DNA of 64,000 nucleotides from an uncultured Eubacteriales bacterium (GTDB lineage Bacteria; Bacillota; Clostridia; TANB77; CAG-508): NCBI GenBank assembly GCA_905203305.1, contig CAJKVH010000003.1, positions 20,240 to 84,239 of the forward strand, read 5' to 3'. Shown piece by piece: positions 41,080 to 51,685 of this stretch (position 1 is its first letter; each line of letters starts with the position of its first letter). The notes under the pieces were generated by a model. It saw only the letters and a program-made list of their open reading frames with translations, ran no database searches and was not told where the DNA came from. The position numbers and the translations under genes were made by a program.

Positions 41080-41151
41080 ATGAAAGAGTTCATCAAGCTA
41101 TTAAAATTAGCATTATTATATTTAATTATAAAAATGTTATTTGAAGATTAG
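41080..41151 (+). CDS. Possible 23-aa hydrophobic micro-peptide (MKEFIKLLKLALLYLIIKMLFED). Its RBS sits in the 3' arm of an upstream inverted repeat.
   Basis: RBS AAAGGAGG 7 nt before the ATG. The inverted repeat is GTAGATCTC...GAGGTCTAC (41040-41079). A strong terminator follows immediately. Confidence 0.25.
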   Translation: MKEFIKLLKLALLYLIIKMLFED

Positions 41152-41153
41152 CA

Positions 41154-41189
41154 AAAAAACTAGGTATGTGGTGATACCTAGTTTTTTAT
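41154..41189 (+). terminator. Rho-independent terminator
   Basis: CTAGGTAT / ATACCTAG stem with loop GTGGTG, followed by T6. Confidence 0.85.
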
Positions 41190-41445
41190 TTTTTGTCTAC
41201 AACGTTTGAGTTCATCATTACCAACGTTGTTAAAATTATAATAGCATATATTTTATTATATGTCAATTTTTAGTGATTATGCAATTCTTATTTATTATTA
41301 AAATTTTTTTCATAAAAATGGAAACAAAAGCATATAATATACTAATGCCAAACAACTTGAAAACAATAGTAAAATTTTACCAAATTTGACAAAATTCGAA
41401 AAAGGCGGTATAATAAAAACTGTTGTTAAAGGAGGTATCTGTTAT

Positions 41446-42411
41446 ATGCAGAAAAACAAAAATAAAATTTCCTTAATAAAAGTTATAGGAATATGTTTAA
41501 TATTAGTCTTACTTTCAGGAGCTGGAGTAATGGCTGTAACAACACAAGTAAACACAGTAAAAATCCAATTATCAAATGGATATGAAATGACAGTGCTTAC
41601 ATCAAAGACAAATGTTAAAGAAATACTAGAAGATAACAATATAATATTAGAAAATAATGAAAAAGTAACACCAAGCATAGATGAAGAAATTTCATCAAAT
41701 AAATTAATAAAAATAACAGACAAGTCTAACCAAGAAGTTGAAGTTGCAAAAGTATCAGAAAGCGGAATTGAAACAACATTAGACTCAATACTTGATGCAT
41801 ATTCACAAATAACAGAAAAAATAGTTGAAGAAGAAGAATCTATTCCATTTGAAACAGTAACAAAAGACATTTCAAACGGATCTGAAAATACTAAAAATAA
41901 AGTATTACAAGAAGGAGTAGAAGGCAAAAAGAAAGTTACTTATAAAGTAAAATACCAAAACGATATTGAAATTGAAAAAAATAAAATTTCAGAAGAAGTA
42001 ATACAAGAACCAGTTGATAAGATAATACAAGTAAAATCAAAAACTGTATCATCAAGATCAAGTGCTACATCTAGAAGTTCAAGCAAAGTAACAACAGAAA
42101 GTAACACTTCAAGTCAATCAGGTTCATCTGTAAAAGTATATAAAGTAACAGCTTATTGTTCATGTTCAAAATGTTGTGGATCACATGCAAATGGATATAC
42201 ATCATCAGGAACAAGAGCAACAGCAGGACGTACAGTTGCTGCGCCAGCAAATTTAGGATATGGTACAAAATTAAACATAAATGGTAAAACATATGTCGTA
42301 GAAGATAGAGGAGGAGCTATTCAAGGAAACAGAATAGATGTATACGTAAATTCACATAGTGAAGCTCTAGCTTGGGGAGTGAAATATTTACCAGTAGAAG
42401 TTGAAAATTAA
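41446..42411 (+). CDS. 3D-domain protein (YabE-like: signal-anchor, DUF348/G5-like region, C-terminal 3D domain)
   Basis: C-terminal YKVTAYCSCSKCCG...GTKL...VEDRGGAI.GNRIDVY matches the 3D (MltA-like) domain. ATG 41446 with RBS AAAGGAGG. Confidence 0.85.
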   Translation: MQKNKNKISLIKVIGICLILVLLSGAGVMAVTTQVNTVKIQLSNGYEMTVLTSKTNVKEILEDNNIILENNEKVTPSIDEEISSNKLIKITDKSNQEVEVAKVSESGIETTLDSILDAYSQITEKIVEEEESIPFETVTKDISNGSENTKNKVLQEGVEGKKKVTYKVKYQNDIEIEKNKISEEVIQEPVDKIIQVKSKTVSSRSSATSRSSSKVTTESNTSSQSGSSVKVYKVTAYCSCSKCCGSHANGYTSSGTRATAGRTVAAPANLGYGTKLNINGKTYVVEDRGGAIQGNRIDVYVNSHSEALAWGVKYLPVEVEN

Positions 42412-42416
42412 TCATG

Positions 42417-42451
42417 AAAGAAAGATGGAATTAATTCTATCTTTCTTTTTA
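42417..42451 (+). terminator. Rho-independent terminator
   Basis: AAAGAAAGAT / ATCTTTCTTT stem followed by T residues. Confidence 0.8.
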
Positions 42452-42489
42452 TATAGTCCTTTTTTTAAATGTTTGAACTATTACTAAAT

Positions 42490-42518
42490 TTGATTTATAA
42501 GCTAATTTGGTATATAAT
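42490..42518 (+). promoter_or_regulatory. Sigma-A-type promoter (TTGATT, 17 nt spacer, TATAAT), followed by a 5' leader of about 90 nt
   Basis: Good -10 element at correct spacing, 90 nt upstream of ATG 42608. Confidence 0.45.
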
Positions 42519-42607
42519 TAATAGTGATAAAATGCTGTATAGTTCACGAATTGATGAACGAGCATTTGGGGAGAGCCAGTTATGTGTTATCTAAAGGAGA
42601 AACAATT

Positions 42608-42973
42608 ATGATATTAAACATATTACAAACTGCAAACACTGTAACTGTAAACTTAAGAGGATATATGGTGATTTTTTTCTTGTTATTCTTAGTTTATACT
42701 AAGGTAAAAGGAGAAACCATACGGAGGACTAAAGTCCTGAAATATATTGCTGCTTTTTTGGCAATAATGTTCTCTTACAATCTAGTGTTTATGTTCTTTA
42801 CAAGAGCATTTACATTAGGAAAGTTTTTCACTATGTGCGGATACATCATTTTGGTTGTATTCTGGGTAGGGATTACAAAATTCATCAATATATCAATCGG
42901 ATTCCTTGAGTATTGTCAAGGAAAAAAGAAAGATGATGATGATGTGATTGATGTAAAATATAAGGAACTATAG
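42608..42973 (+). CDS. Small hydrophobic membrane protein (121 aa) with an acidic C-terminal tail
   Basis: RBS AAAGGAGAAAC. Three predicted TM helices. Contains an in-frame CGG Arg codon at 42722-42724. Confidence 0.65.
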   Translation: MILNILQTANTVTVNLRGYMVIFFLLFLVYTKVKGETIRRTKVLKYIAAFLAIMFSYNLVFMFFTRAFTLGKFFTMCGYIILVVFWVGITKFINISIGFLEYCQGKKKDDDDVIDVKYKEL

Positions 42974-43131
42974 AAAAAATAGCATAACTGGTTTTCTAAA
43001 AGGATGGGTACTTGTTACTCATCCTTTTACTATTAAAAAATAACTAAAACCTATAAATAAAGAGGCTTTAAACTTTACAAAACTAGAAAAAATAGATATA
43101 ATAATCATATTAAAAAGAAAGGTGAAAAAAT

Positions 43132-43924
43132 ATGAAATTAATATCATGGAATGTAAATGGAATAAGAGCATGTTTAAAAAAAGGTTTTGAAGAATACTTC
43201 AAAAATGAAGATGCAGACATATTTTGTTTGCAAGAAACAAAAATGCAAATAATTGAAGGAGAAGAAACAAAAGAAATAAGGGAAATATTAGATTTACCAA
43301 TATTTAAAGATTATCACTGCTATTGGAATAGTGCCGAAAAGAAAGGATATTCTGGAACAGCAATATTTACAAAAAAAGAACCAATAAATATAAGTTATGG
43401 AATAGATATACCAGAACATGATAAAGAAGGAAGAGTAATAACATTAGAATTTGATAAATTTTACATGGTTAACATATACACACCAAATTCCAAAAGAGAG
43501 CTCGAAAGATTACGGATATAGACAAATATGGGAAGATGAAATAAGAAAATATTTATTAAGTTTAAAAAAGAAAAAGCCAGTTATTATGTGTGGAGACCTA
43601 AATGTAGCACATAAAGAAATAGACTTAAAAAATCCAAAAACAAATAGAAGAAATGCAGGGTTTACAGATGAAGAAAGAGAAAAAATGACAGTACTTTTAG
43701 ATGCAGGGTTTATAGATTCATTTAGATATTTATATCCGGATAAAATAGATTGCTATAGTTGGTGGTCATATATGGGAAGAGCAAGAGAAAAAAATGTAGG
43801 CTGGAGAATTGATTATTTTATAGTTTCAGATGATATAAAAGAAAAAATAAAAGAAGCAAAAATTCATTCTGAAATATTAGGTAGTGATCATTGTCCGGTT
43901 GAGTTAGATATAGATATAAAATAA
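43132..43924 (+). pseudogene. xth: Exodeoxyribonuclease III (Xth/ExoIII, EEP family), split by an apparent +1 C insertion at 43513
   Basis: ORFs 43132..43521 and 43451..43924 together cover ExoIII. Motifs include the N-terminal WNVNGIRA block and the active-site segment LQETK, plus YYSWWSY and SDHCPV. Deleting the C at 43513 (ttaCgga) gives a continuous [12 protein letters not shown] frame. Confidence 0.85.
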
Positions 43925-43943
43925 AAAGAAGGGAAGAAAAAAT

Positions 43944-45065
43944 ATGAAAGAAGAAATAAAAAGTCATTGGAAAACATGGGGATTTTTCTTTACTATAGGA
44001 ATAGCTTTAATGATAGCATACAAAATAATAGAGAGCATAGGAAATTTATCAAGTGTTTTAGGAAACTTAATATCTATAGTTTCACCGTTTTTTGCAGGGT
44101 TATTAATGGCATATTTATTATATATTCCAGAAAGTAAAATAGAAAGAAAATATAAAAAAGCCAAACCAAAATTTATTAGGAAAAATGCAAGAAAATTTGC
44201 AATATTTACAACATATATAATTGCAAGTTTATTATTAATAATTATAATAAACTTTATATTGCCAGTATTACTTGAAAGTATAAATGAATTAATAGGAAAC
44301 TTAGAAATTTATTATAACAAAGTAATAGAAACATATAATAATTTACCAGATGATTCTATATTTAAAACAGAAAAAGTGTACAATGCATTAAGAGAAGTAC
44401 AAAACTTTAATTTTGAACAATATTTAAGTTTAGATAGAATTACAGGTTATGTAAAAGGAGTTGTAGGATTTGCAACAGGAATTTTTGATGTATTTGTTGC
44501 AATAGTTGTATCAATATATATTTTAGCAGAAAGAAATCAAATATTGTCATTTTTCAAAAGATTAACAAAAGCAATGTTTAAAGAAAAGACAGTAAATAAG
44601 ATAGAAAAATATTTCTATAAAGGAAATGGTGTATTTTTTAAATTTATATCAAGTCAATTTATAGATACTGTAATAGTAGGAGTATTAGCAACAATTGTTA
44701 TGAAAATATTACACATAAAATATGCACCATTACTTGGATTCTCAATAGGATTATTTAATATGATACCATATTTTGGAGCAATAATTGCAATTTCAATTTC
44801 AGCAATAATAACATTAATAACAGGTGGTGTATCCACAGCAGCAATTATGCTAGTATCAGTAATAATTTTACAACAAATAGATGCAAATGTTATAAATCCA
44901 AAAATAATAGGAGATTCACTTGAGATCAGTCCAATACTTATAATTCTTTCAGTAACAATTGGTGGGGGATACTTTGGAGTAATTGGAATGTTTTTAGGAG
45001 TACCAGTTGCAGCAATTTTGAAGATTTTGGTAAATGATTACATTGACAACAAACTTGAGATGTAG
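43944..45065 (+). CDS. AI-2E family transporter (UPF0118/PerM-like)
   Basis: 373 aa with eight TM helices and the family's conserved C-terminal GxxGxxxGVP block. Confidence 0.8.
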   Translation: MKEEIKSHWKTWGFFFTIGIALMIAYKIIESIGNLSSVLGNLISIVSPFFAGLLMAYLLYIPESKIERKYKKAKPKFIRKNARKFAIFTTYIIASLLLIIIINFILPVLLESINELIGNLEIYYNKVIETYNNLPDDSIFKTEKVYNALREVQNFNFEQYLSLDRITGYVKGVVGFATGIFDVFVAIVVSIYILAERNQILSFFKRLTKAMFKEKTVNKIEKYFYKGNGVFFKFISSQFIDTVIVGVLATIVMKILHIKYAPLLGFSIGLFNMIPYFGAIIAISISAIITLITGGVSTAAIMLVSVIILQQIDANVINPKIIGDSLEISPILIILSVTIGGGYFGVIGMFLGVPVAAILKILVNDYIDNKLEM

Positions 45066-45118
45066 TATATTATTTGTGGACAAGTATATTAAGGTAAATT
45101 AAATGAAAGGAGAGATTT

Positions 45119-46318
45119 ATGAGAGAAACCAAAAATGGAAAAGTAATAATAAAATTCAGTATAATGTGGTTTTTTATTGCCATTGTTATAATTATGCTTA
45201 TAATCTCATTTTTCAAAAACCGTATATTTGCTACAAATAATACTGAAGATAAAGAAGAAACAATAGTTGCTTTTGAAGAAAATCAGAAATCAGTAGATGT
45301 TGTTCAGGTAATGCTTGAAAACACAAATTCAGATAAAAAGATGGTAAATGAACAAAGAGAGGTAGAATTTGAAACAGAATACGAAGAAAATCCAAATTTA
45401 CCAAGAGATGAAGAACAAGTAAAACAAGAAGGAAAAAATGGGAAAATTCAGGTAACAGCACTTCAAGAATACAAAAATGACCAAATGGTAAGTGAAGACA
45501 TAATAGATAGTAAAACTCTAGAAGATGTTGTTAAAAAAATAGTATATAAAGGAACATCAGATTTCCTTAAAAAATATAATGTACATATAGATGACCAAAT
45601 GTATTTATTAGAAGCAGAAGACTTAAAAGAAGAAGCAAAAGACGATTCAAATACAATATGTAATGTTCCAAGATATTTAAATGTTAAAATAAAAGAAGCT
45701 GGAGAAGAATGGATAAAGGTATCATATAATGGAAAAGAAGGGTATTTAAAAACAACAAATATAACATCAGAATCTGTAACACCTTTAATAAAAGAAAAAA
45801 ATAGAGTTGCAACATTAAAAAATAATTTAAATATTGATATGGACTTAAGTACTCCAAGTGGATTAACACTTAGTGACTATAAAACAATATTATCAAACAA
45901 CTTAAGTGATAAAAACAAAATATTTGAACAAAGTGCTGAATATTTTTACAAAGCAGAACAAAAATATAAAGTAAATGGAATATTTATAGCAGCAATTGGA
46001 ATACATGAAAGTGCATGGGGAACATCCAAAATTGCAAGTGATAAAAATAATTTATTTGGATTTACTGCATATGATAGTGATCCATATAATAGTGCAACAT
46101 CATTTGATAATTATGAAAGTGCTATAAATAAGGTTGCAGAAGCATTATCAACAAAGTATTTACATGTAGCTGGAACAAAAATAAGTGATGATTTGACAGC
46201 AACAGGAACATATTTTAATGGAACAACAGCAAAAGCTGTAAATACAAGATATGCAAGCGATACAGGATGGGCAGACAAAGTATTTAGTTATATGCAATAT
46301 TTATATGGTAAGTTATAA
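45119..46318 (+). CDS. Membrane-anchored peptidoglycan hydrolase with an SH3b-like domain and a C-terminal GH73 glucosaminidase domain
   Basis: C-terminal block IAAIGIHESAWGTSKIA..NNLFG..AY resembles the mannosyl-glycoprotein endo-beta-N-acetylglucosaminidase domain. N-terminal TM segment. Confidence 0.75.
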   Translation: MRETKNGKVIIKFSIMWFFIAIVIIMLIISFFKNRIFATNNTEDKEETIVAFEENQKSVDVVQVMLENTNSDKKMVNEQREVEFETEYEENPNLPRDEEQVKQEGKNGKIQVTALQEYKNDQMVSEDIIDSKTLEDVVKKIVYKGTSDFLKKYNVHIDDQMYLLEAEDLKEEAKDDSNTICNVPRYLNVKIKEAGEEWIKVSYNGKEGYLKTTNITSESVTPLIKEKNRVATLKNNLNIDMDLSTPSGLTLSDYKTILSNNLSDKNKIFEQSAEYFYKAEQKYKVNGIFIAAIGIHESAWGTSKIASDKNNLFGFTAYDSDPYNSATSFDNYESAINKVAEALSTKYLHVAGTKISDDLTATGTYFNGTTAKAVNTRYASDTGWADKVFSYMQYLYGKL

Positions 46319-46337
46319 TTAGAAAAGGTTAATAAAT

Positions 46338-47321
46338 ATGAAATTAAAAAGAAGGATAAAGTTAAACGAAAGAATTGCAATACCTGTGTTATTTGTTATT
46401 TTAATTATACTTTTAATCATATATGGAAATATAATTTTTAAAAATATAAGTTATGGTAAATTTGCAAAGCAAAATATGGAGGTATATGAAAATAATAAAG
46501 AGCAGGTATTTAAAGTAGAAAAGATTTTAATATGTAGTAGTGCAAATGCTACCGATTTAAGTGAAAAACAAAATTTACAAGATATGAGTATATATCAATA
46601 TACAGACATAGCAGTATATATAAATAATGGAGAAGATCTTTCAAATAAAAATACGGTAAAAGAACTTTATATTGATAATATAAGCTTAGAAGGAAATAGT
46701 GATATTGGAAAAAAAGAACTAAATTACAAAAATATTCTAAAATTTGGACTAAAAAAAGATACTTTACCAAAATCATCAACAATAACAGATATGTCTTCTG
46801 AACACAACGTGTTTGAAAGTTTGATGAATAATACAGGTAATAACAATACTGCATCAAATGATAATAAATCAATAGATGTAGGAAATATAGTAACAAATGA
46901 AACAGAGGAATCAACAAGCGAAGTTCAAGAAAATAGTGAATATGAAGATGATGGTAAAATAAAATTTAATATAGTATATACAAACGAAGAAAATGAAAAA
47001 GCAGATTATAATAAACCTACATTTTATACAGATTGTTCGAATCCAATCACTTTAGAATATTTAAATAATGATATAGCAACAAATTATAAAATAGATGAAA
47101 ATAAAAGCGTATCTTTTGATGGAAGCATATTAAAAGATGCTGGAATTTCAACTGAAAGTTTGGCATGTAAAGTTAAATTTAAAATCAACATTATAAATAA
47201 TGAAGATGAAAAATATTCATGTTGGATAAACTTTGATATTCCATTAGATGACATTTATGAAGGAACAACAATGAAAGCAAAATCTACTAATAACCAAAAA
47301 TATGTATTTTTTAGAGAATAA
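46338..47321 (+). CDS. Hypothetical membrane-anchored protein, 327 aa
   Basis: RBS AAAGG. N-terminal TM segment. No motif recognised. Confidence 0.65.
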   Translation: MKLKRRIKLNERIAIPVLFVILIILLIIYGNIIFKNISYGKFAKQNMEVYENNKEQVFKVEKILICSSANATDLSEKQNLQDMSIYQYTDIAVYINNGEDLSNKNTVKELYIDNISLEGNSDIGKKELNYKNILKFGLKKDTLPKSSTITDMSSEHNVFESLMNNTGNNNTASNDNKSIDVGNIVTNETEESTSEVQENSEYEDDGKIKFNIVYTNEENEKADYNKPTFYTDCSNPITLEYLNNDIATNYKIDENKSVSFDGSILKDAGISTESLACKVKFKINIINNEDEKYSCWINFDIPLDDIYEGTTMKAKSTNNQKYVFFRE

Positions 47322-47388
47322 AAATACATATTTTTTTTGATTTGTAATAAAATTTATATAATTACAAATTATATAAATAGGTGATTAA

Positions 47389-47847
47389 ATGAGAGATTTT
47401 TCGGAATATGTATTTAATTTAAAAAGGAAAATTAAAGTTCCAAAAGAAAAAATTATTTTTGTGTGTATAGGATCAAATAAGGTAATTTGGGATAGTATAG
47501 GACCACAAGTTGGAAGCATTTTAAAGAAAAAAATTGGAAAACAATATGTAATAGGAGATGTAAAAAGTAATATCTGCTCAGAAAAAGATTTGATAGAATA
47601 TTATTCTAAAATCAAAGAAAAATATATTATAGCAATAGATTCTGCTTTAGAAAAAGAAATTCTTCATGGAGAGATATTTGTAACAGAAAAGCCAATTGCA
47701 ATGGGGCTTGGAGTAAATAAAAATAAAGGAGAAATAGGAGATGTTGGAATAAAAATAGCAATTAACAAAAATTTGGTAAATAGAAAATCAATAGAAAAAA
47801 TATCAGAAAATGTGGCTAAAGGAATATTATATTGCTATAAAAAATAA
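47389..47847 (+). CDS. YyaC-like (DUF1256) putative spore protease
   Basis: FVCIGSNKVIWDSIGPQVG parallels the YyaC motif CIGTDRSTGDxLGPLVG. 152 aa. Confidence 0.7.
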   Translation: MRDFSEYVFNLKRKIKVPKEKIIFVCIGSNKVIWDSIGPQVGSILKKKIGKQYVIGDVKSNICSEKDLIEYYSKIKEKYIIAIDSALEKEILHGEIFVTEKPIAMGLGVNKNKGEIGDVGIKIAINKNLVNRKSIEKISENVAKGILYCYKK

Positions 47848-47868
47848 GGGGCTTAAAAAGTCCCTTAA
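47844..47868. terminator. Bidirectional hairpin terminator between convergent genes
   Basis: TAAGGGGC / GTCCCTTA stem with T or A runs on either side. Confidence 0.55.
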
Positions 47869-47869
47869 A

Positions 47870-48439
47870 TTATTTTCCAAAATCAACTTTAACATTATTA
47901 CGAGCTTCGTCTTCACTCTTAAATAAGTTACGAGCTGTAAAGTTAAACATTCCAGCTATTATATTAGATGGAAAAACTTGAAGTTTTGTATTATACATAG
48001 TAACTGTATCATTATAAAATTGTCTAGAAAAAGATATTTTATCTTCAGTATTACTTAATTCTTCAGATAGTTTTAAAAAGTTTTCATTAGCTTTTAATTC
48101 CGGATAACTTTCAGAAACAGCCATAATAGTTTTTAAACTAGATGAAAGTTGATCATTAAGTTTAGCTTTATCTTCTACAGATGAAGCATTTGCCCAAGAA
48201 GTACGAATAGAAGCTATTTTTTCAAATGTTTCTTGTTCATGATTCATATAACCTTTTACAGTTTCAACAAAATTTGGAATTAAATCAAATCTTCTTTGTA
48301 ATTGAATATCAATTTGACTCCAAGCATTGTCTACTTTCATTTTAGATTGAACTAAACCATTATATGTAGAAATGATAAATACTATAATTATAACAATGAT
48401 AGCTAAAATAATCCACAACATAACCAAATTACCTCCCAA
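47870..48439 (-). CDS. LemA family protein
   Basis: N-terminal TM segment and a full-length LemA match, including the conserved blocks RFDLIPNFVETVKGY and RQFYNDTVTMYN. 189 aa. Confidence 0.85.
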   Translation of the reverse strand: MGGNLVMLWIILAIIVIIIVFIISTYNGLVQSKMKVDNAWSQIDIQLQRRFDLIPNFVETVKGYMNHEQETFEKIASIRTSWANASSVEDKAKLNDQLSSSLKTIMAVSESYPELKANENFLKLSEELSNTEDKISFSRQFYNDTVTMYNTKLQVFPSNIIAGMFNFTARNLFKSEDEARNNVKVDFGK

Positions 48440-48489
48440 TATATTTTGAAAACACTATATCATATTATAAAATTTTTATCAATACCCAT

Positions 48490-48551
48490 TTCCCATTTGG
48501 GGACGGAGATTTTCGGGAAATTCCCCAAAAATCTCCGTCCCCAAATGGGAA
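48490..48551. repeat. GC-rich palindromic intergenic repeat, copy 4 (near-perfect palindrome) in the divergent lemA/dnaG intergenic region
   Basis: TCCCATTTGGGGACGGAGATTTTCGGGAAATTCCCCAAAAATCTCCGTCCCCAAATGGGA. Confidence 0.92.
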
Positions 48552-48641
48552 AAAATTAATAAAAAAAGAGGGAATTATGTAAAATACGTCGAATAATATA
48601 TTATGGAAAATAAAAACTGGTAAGGAAAGAGAGGTTAAAAA

Positions 48642-50426
48642 GTGCGTTATAGTGATGAAATACTAAATGAAGTACGAGAAAACAACGACATAGTAGAAGT
48701 AATTTCACAATATGTGCATTTAAAAAGAAGTGGAAGAAACTATTTTGGATTATGCCCATTTCATAATGAAAAGTCACCATCTTTTTCGGTTTCGCCAGAT
48801 AAACAAATATTTCACTGCTTTGGTTGTGGAGTAGGAGGAAATGTATTTACATTTATAAGCAAAATAGAAGGAATTGGTTTTAAAGAAGCAATAGAAAACT
48901 TAGCTGATAGAGCGGGAATTGTACTTCCAAAATCAAGCAACAATGAAGATAGCAGAGTAGAAGAATTAAAATCAAAAGTTTATAAAGTAAATAATTTTAC
49001 AGCTGATTATTATCACAAAAGGTTATATAGACCAGAGTCAAAAGCAGGACAAGAATATGTAAAACAAAGAAAATTAACAAATGAAACTTTAGAAAGCTAT
49101 AATTTAGGCTTTTCTGGAAACTATGATGAATTATATAAAGTTTTAAGAAAAGAAGGCTTTAATGACGAAGAAATCTTAGAATCTGGTTTAGTTAAAAAGA
49201 ACGAAAATGGAAGATATGTAGATTTCTATCGTGATAGATTTATGATTCCAATTTTAGATGTCAGAAACAGAGTAATAGCATTCGGAGGAAGAGTTTTAGG
49301 AGATGCGAAAAGATTTAAATACTTAAATTCACCAGAAAATATAGTCTATAGCAAAGGAAAGCATTTATTTGGGTTAAATGTTGCAAAAAAATATGACCAT
49401 AAAAAATTATTAATAGTTGAAGGTTATATGGATGCAATATCACTTCATCAAAGAGGAATAACAAATGTAGTTGCAGCTCTAGGAACGGCTTTGACGACAA
49501 ACCAAGGATGGCTTTTAAGGAGAAATGCAGAACAAATAATATTAGGATTTGATTCAGATGGAGCAGGTCAAAATGCCATAATGAGAGCAATGGAAGTTAT
49601 GCAAAATATGGGGTGTGATATGAGAGTGCTTCAAATGACAGGAGCAAAAGATCCAGATGAATATATTATAAAATATGGTTCTGCAAGATTTCAAAAGCTT
49701 ATGAATGAGGCAATATCATTGCTTGAATTTAAAGTAAAAGTTTTGGAAAAAAACCTAGACTTAGAAGTAGCAGGAGACAAAGTTAAATTCCTAAATGAAA
49801 TAGCAAAATTGATTGCGAAAATTGATAATACAATTGAGCAAGAGATATACATAGAAAAGCTAGCAAATGGATATAATATATCTAAAGAGGCAATTTTCGG
49901 ACAAGTAAATAAATTACAATATTCAAATAAATCAAAAACAAATAATTTAGAAAAGCCAAAGTCTGTAGTTATCCACAAAAAAGAAAAAAAAGTGGAAAAC
50001 ATTTCGGAGGAAATGATAAAAAGGGAAAATACAATTATATCAATATTAATAAATAATCCTGAATGTTATAAAAAAATAAAAGAAAATATGAAAATTGAAG
50101 ATTTTAAATATGATATAAATAACAAAATTGTAAAAGTATTATACCCAGAATTAGAAAAAGAAGATAGCAATATTAGTTTAGTTTTAGACAAAATAGAAGA
50201 TGAAGAAATTAAAAATCATCTAACAGCAATAATGGCAGAAGATTATGGAATAACAGATAATGTAAAAGCAATAGATGATATATTAAAAAAATATGAAAGA
50301 GAAAAACTAGAAAAAAGACGTGATGAGCTAATAATGTTATCATCTACAGAGCAAGATCAAGAAAAGAAAAAAGAGTTTGGAAAAGAGCTAAATGATATAA
50401 TTTTGAAATTAGTAAAGATAAAATAG
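48642..50426 (+). CDS. dnaG: DNA primase
   Basis: Zinc ribbon CPFHNEKSPSFSV...CFGCG, TOPRIM EGYMD...DSDGAG. GTG start with RBS AGGAAAGAGAGG. 594 aa. Confidence 0.93.
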   Translation: MRYSDEILNEVRENNDIVEVISQYVHLKRSGRNYFGLCPFHNEKSPSFSVSPDKQIFHCFGCGVGGNVFTFISKIEGIGFKEAIENLADRAGIVLPKSSNNEDSRVEELKSKVYKVNNFTADYYHKRLYRPESKAGQEYVKQRKLTNETLESYNLGFSGNYDELYKVLRKEGFNDEEILESGLVKKNENGRYVDFYRDRFMIPILDVRNRVIAFGGRVLGDAKRFKYLNSPENIVYSKGKHLFGLNVAKKYDHKKLLIVEGYMDAISLHQRGITNVVAALGTALTTNQGWLLRRNAEQIILGFDSDGAGQNAIMRAMEVMQNMGCDMRVLQMTGAKDPDEYIIKYGSARFQKLMNEAISLLEFKVKVLEKNLDLEVAGDKVKFLNEIAKLIAKIDNTIEQEIYIEKLANGYNISKEAIFGQVNKLQYSNKSKTNNLEKPKSVVIHKKEKKVENISEEMIKRENTIISILINNPECYKKIKENMKIEDFKYDINNKIVKVLYPELEKEDSNISLVLDKIEDEEIKNHLTAIMAEDYGITDNVKAIDDILKKYEREKLEKRRDELIMLSSTEQDQEKKKEFGKELNDIILKLVKIK

Positions 50427-50453
50427 AAAAAATTAAAAGAAAGGAAGTTCAAA

Positions 50454-51605
50454 GTGAAAGAAGATAAAAATATTACAAAAAAAGAAGCAAAACCAGAAAA
50501 AATAATGACACCAGAAGAAAAAGAAAAAGCAAAAGAAAAAGTAGCAAAAATCATAAAAAAAGCAAAAGAAAAAGGAAAAATAACATATGGAGAATTAGCA
50601 TTAGAATTAGATGATGTAAATCAAGATCAAATAGAAAAAGTATTTGATGTAATGGAAGAAATGGGAGTTGACGTTTTAAAAGACGATTTTGATGACGAAC
50701 CAAATGAGGAAGATTTAAAAGAAGTTGAAAATTTAAAACTAGATGAAGTAACTCAAGATGATACATTTGAAGGAATAAATGTTGATGATCCAGTAAGAAT
50801 GTATTTAAGAGAGATTGGTAGAATAAAATTATTAACATATGACCAAGAACTTGAACTTGCTAAAAGAATATTAGATGGTGATGAAGAAGCAAAACAAGAA
50901 TTAGCAGAAGCAAACCTAAGACTTGTTGTAAGTATTGCCAAAAAATATGTTGGAAGAGGAATGCTATTTTTAGATTTAATACAAGAAGGAAATATGGGTT
51001 TAATTAAAGCAGTAGAAAAATTTGATTATACAAAAGGATTTAAATTTAGTACTTATGCAACATGGTGGATTAGACAATCAATTACAAGGGCAATAGCTGA
51101 CCAAGCAAGAACAATAAGAATACCAGTTCACATGGTTGAAACAATAAACAAATTAATAAGAACATCAAGACATTTATTACAAAGATTAGGAAGAGAACCA
51201 AGTCCAGAAGAATTATCAAAAGAACTTGAAATGCCAGTCGATAAAGTAATGGAAATTCAAAAAATTGCTCAAGATCCGGTATCTTTAGAAACACCTATTG
51301 GTGAAGAAGATGATAGTCATTTAGGAGATTTTATACAAGATGAAGACTCACCAGCTCCTCAAGATGCAGCAGCATACACACTTCTAAAAGAACAATTAAA
51401 CGAAGTAATGCAAACACTTACACCAAGAGAAGCAAAAGTTTTAAGATTAAGATTTGGACTAGATGATGGAAAAGCAAGAACACTAGAAGAAGTAGGAAAA
51501 GAATTTGATGTAACAAGAGAAAGAATTCGTCAAATTGAAGCAAAAGCACTAAGAAAATTAAGACATCCAAGTAGAAGTAAAAAATTAAAAGATTATATGA
51601 CATAA
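50454..51605 (+). CDS. rpoD: RNA polymerase sigma factor RpoD/SigA
   Basis: Region 2.4 block (YATWWIRQ) and region 4.2 motifs. GTG start after RBS AAAGGAAG. Sits in the conserved dnaG-rpoD arrangement. Confidence 0.95.
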   Translation: MKEDKNITKKEAKPEKIMTPEEKEKAKEKVAKIIKKAKEKGKITYGELALELDDVNQDQIEKVFDVMEEMGVDVLKDDFDDEPNEEDLKEVENLKLDEVTQDDTFEGINVDDPVRMYLREIGRIKLLTYDQELELAKRILDGDEEAKQELAEANLRLVVSIAKKYVGRGMLFLDLIQEGNMGLIKAVEKFDYTKGFKFSTYATWWIRQSITRAIADQARTIRIPVHMVETINKLIRTSRHLLQRLGREPSPEELSKELEMPVDKVMEIQKIAQDPVSLETPIGEEDDSHLGDFIQDEDSPAPQDAAAYTLLKEQLNEVMQTLTPREAKVLRLRFGLDDGKARTLEEVGKEFDVTRERIRQIEAKALRKLRHPSRSKKLKDYMT

Positions 51606-51607
51606 GA

Positions 51608-51670
51608 TCCCCATTTAGGGACGGACCTTTTTTGGGGAATACTTTAAAATTGGCCCGTCCTTAATTGGTG
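51608..51670. repeat. Degenerate copy (copy 5) of the GC-rich palindromic repeat
   Basis: CCCCATTTAGGGACGGACC ... GGCCCGTCCTTAATTGG, inverted and diverged. Confidence 0.7.
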
Positions 51671-51685
51671 AAAGAGAGGAAAAAT

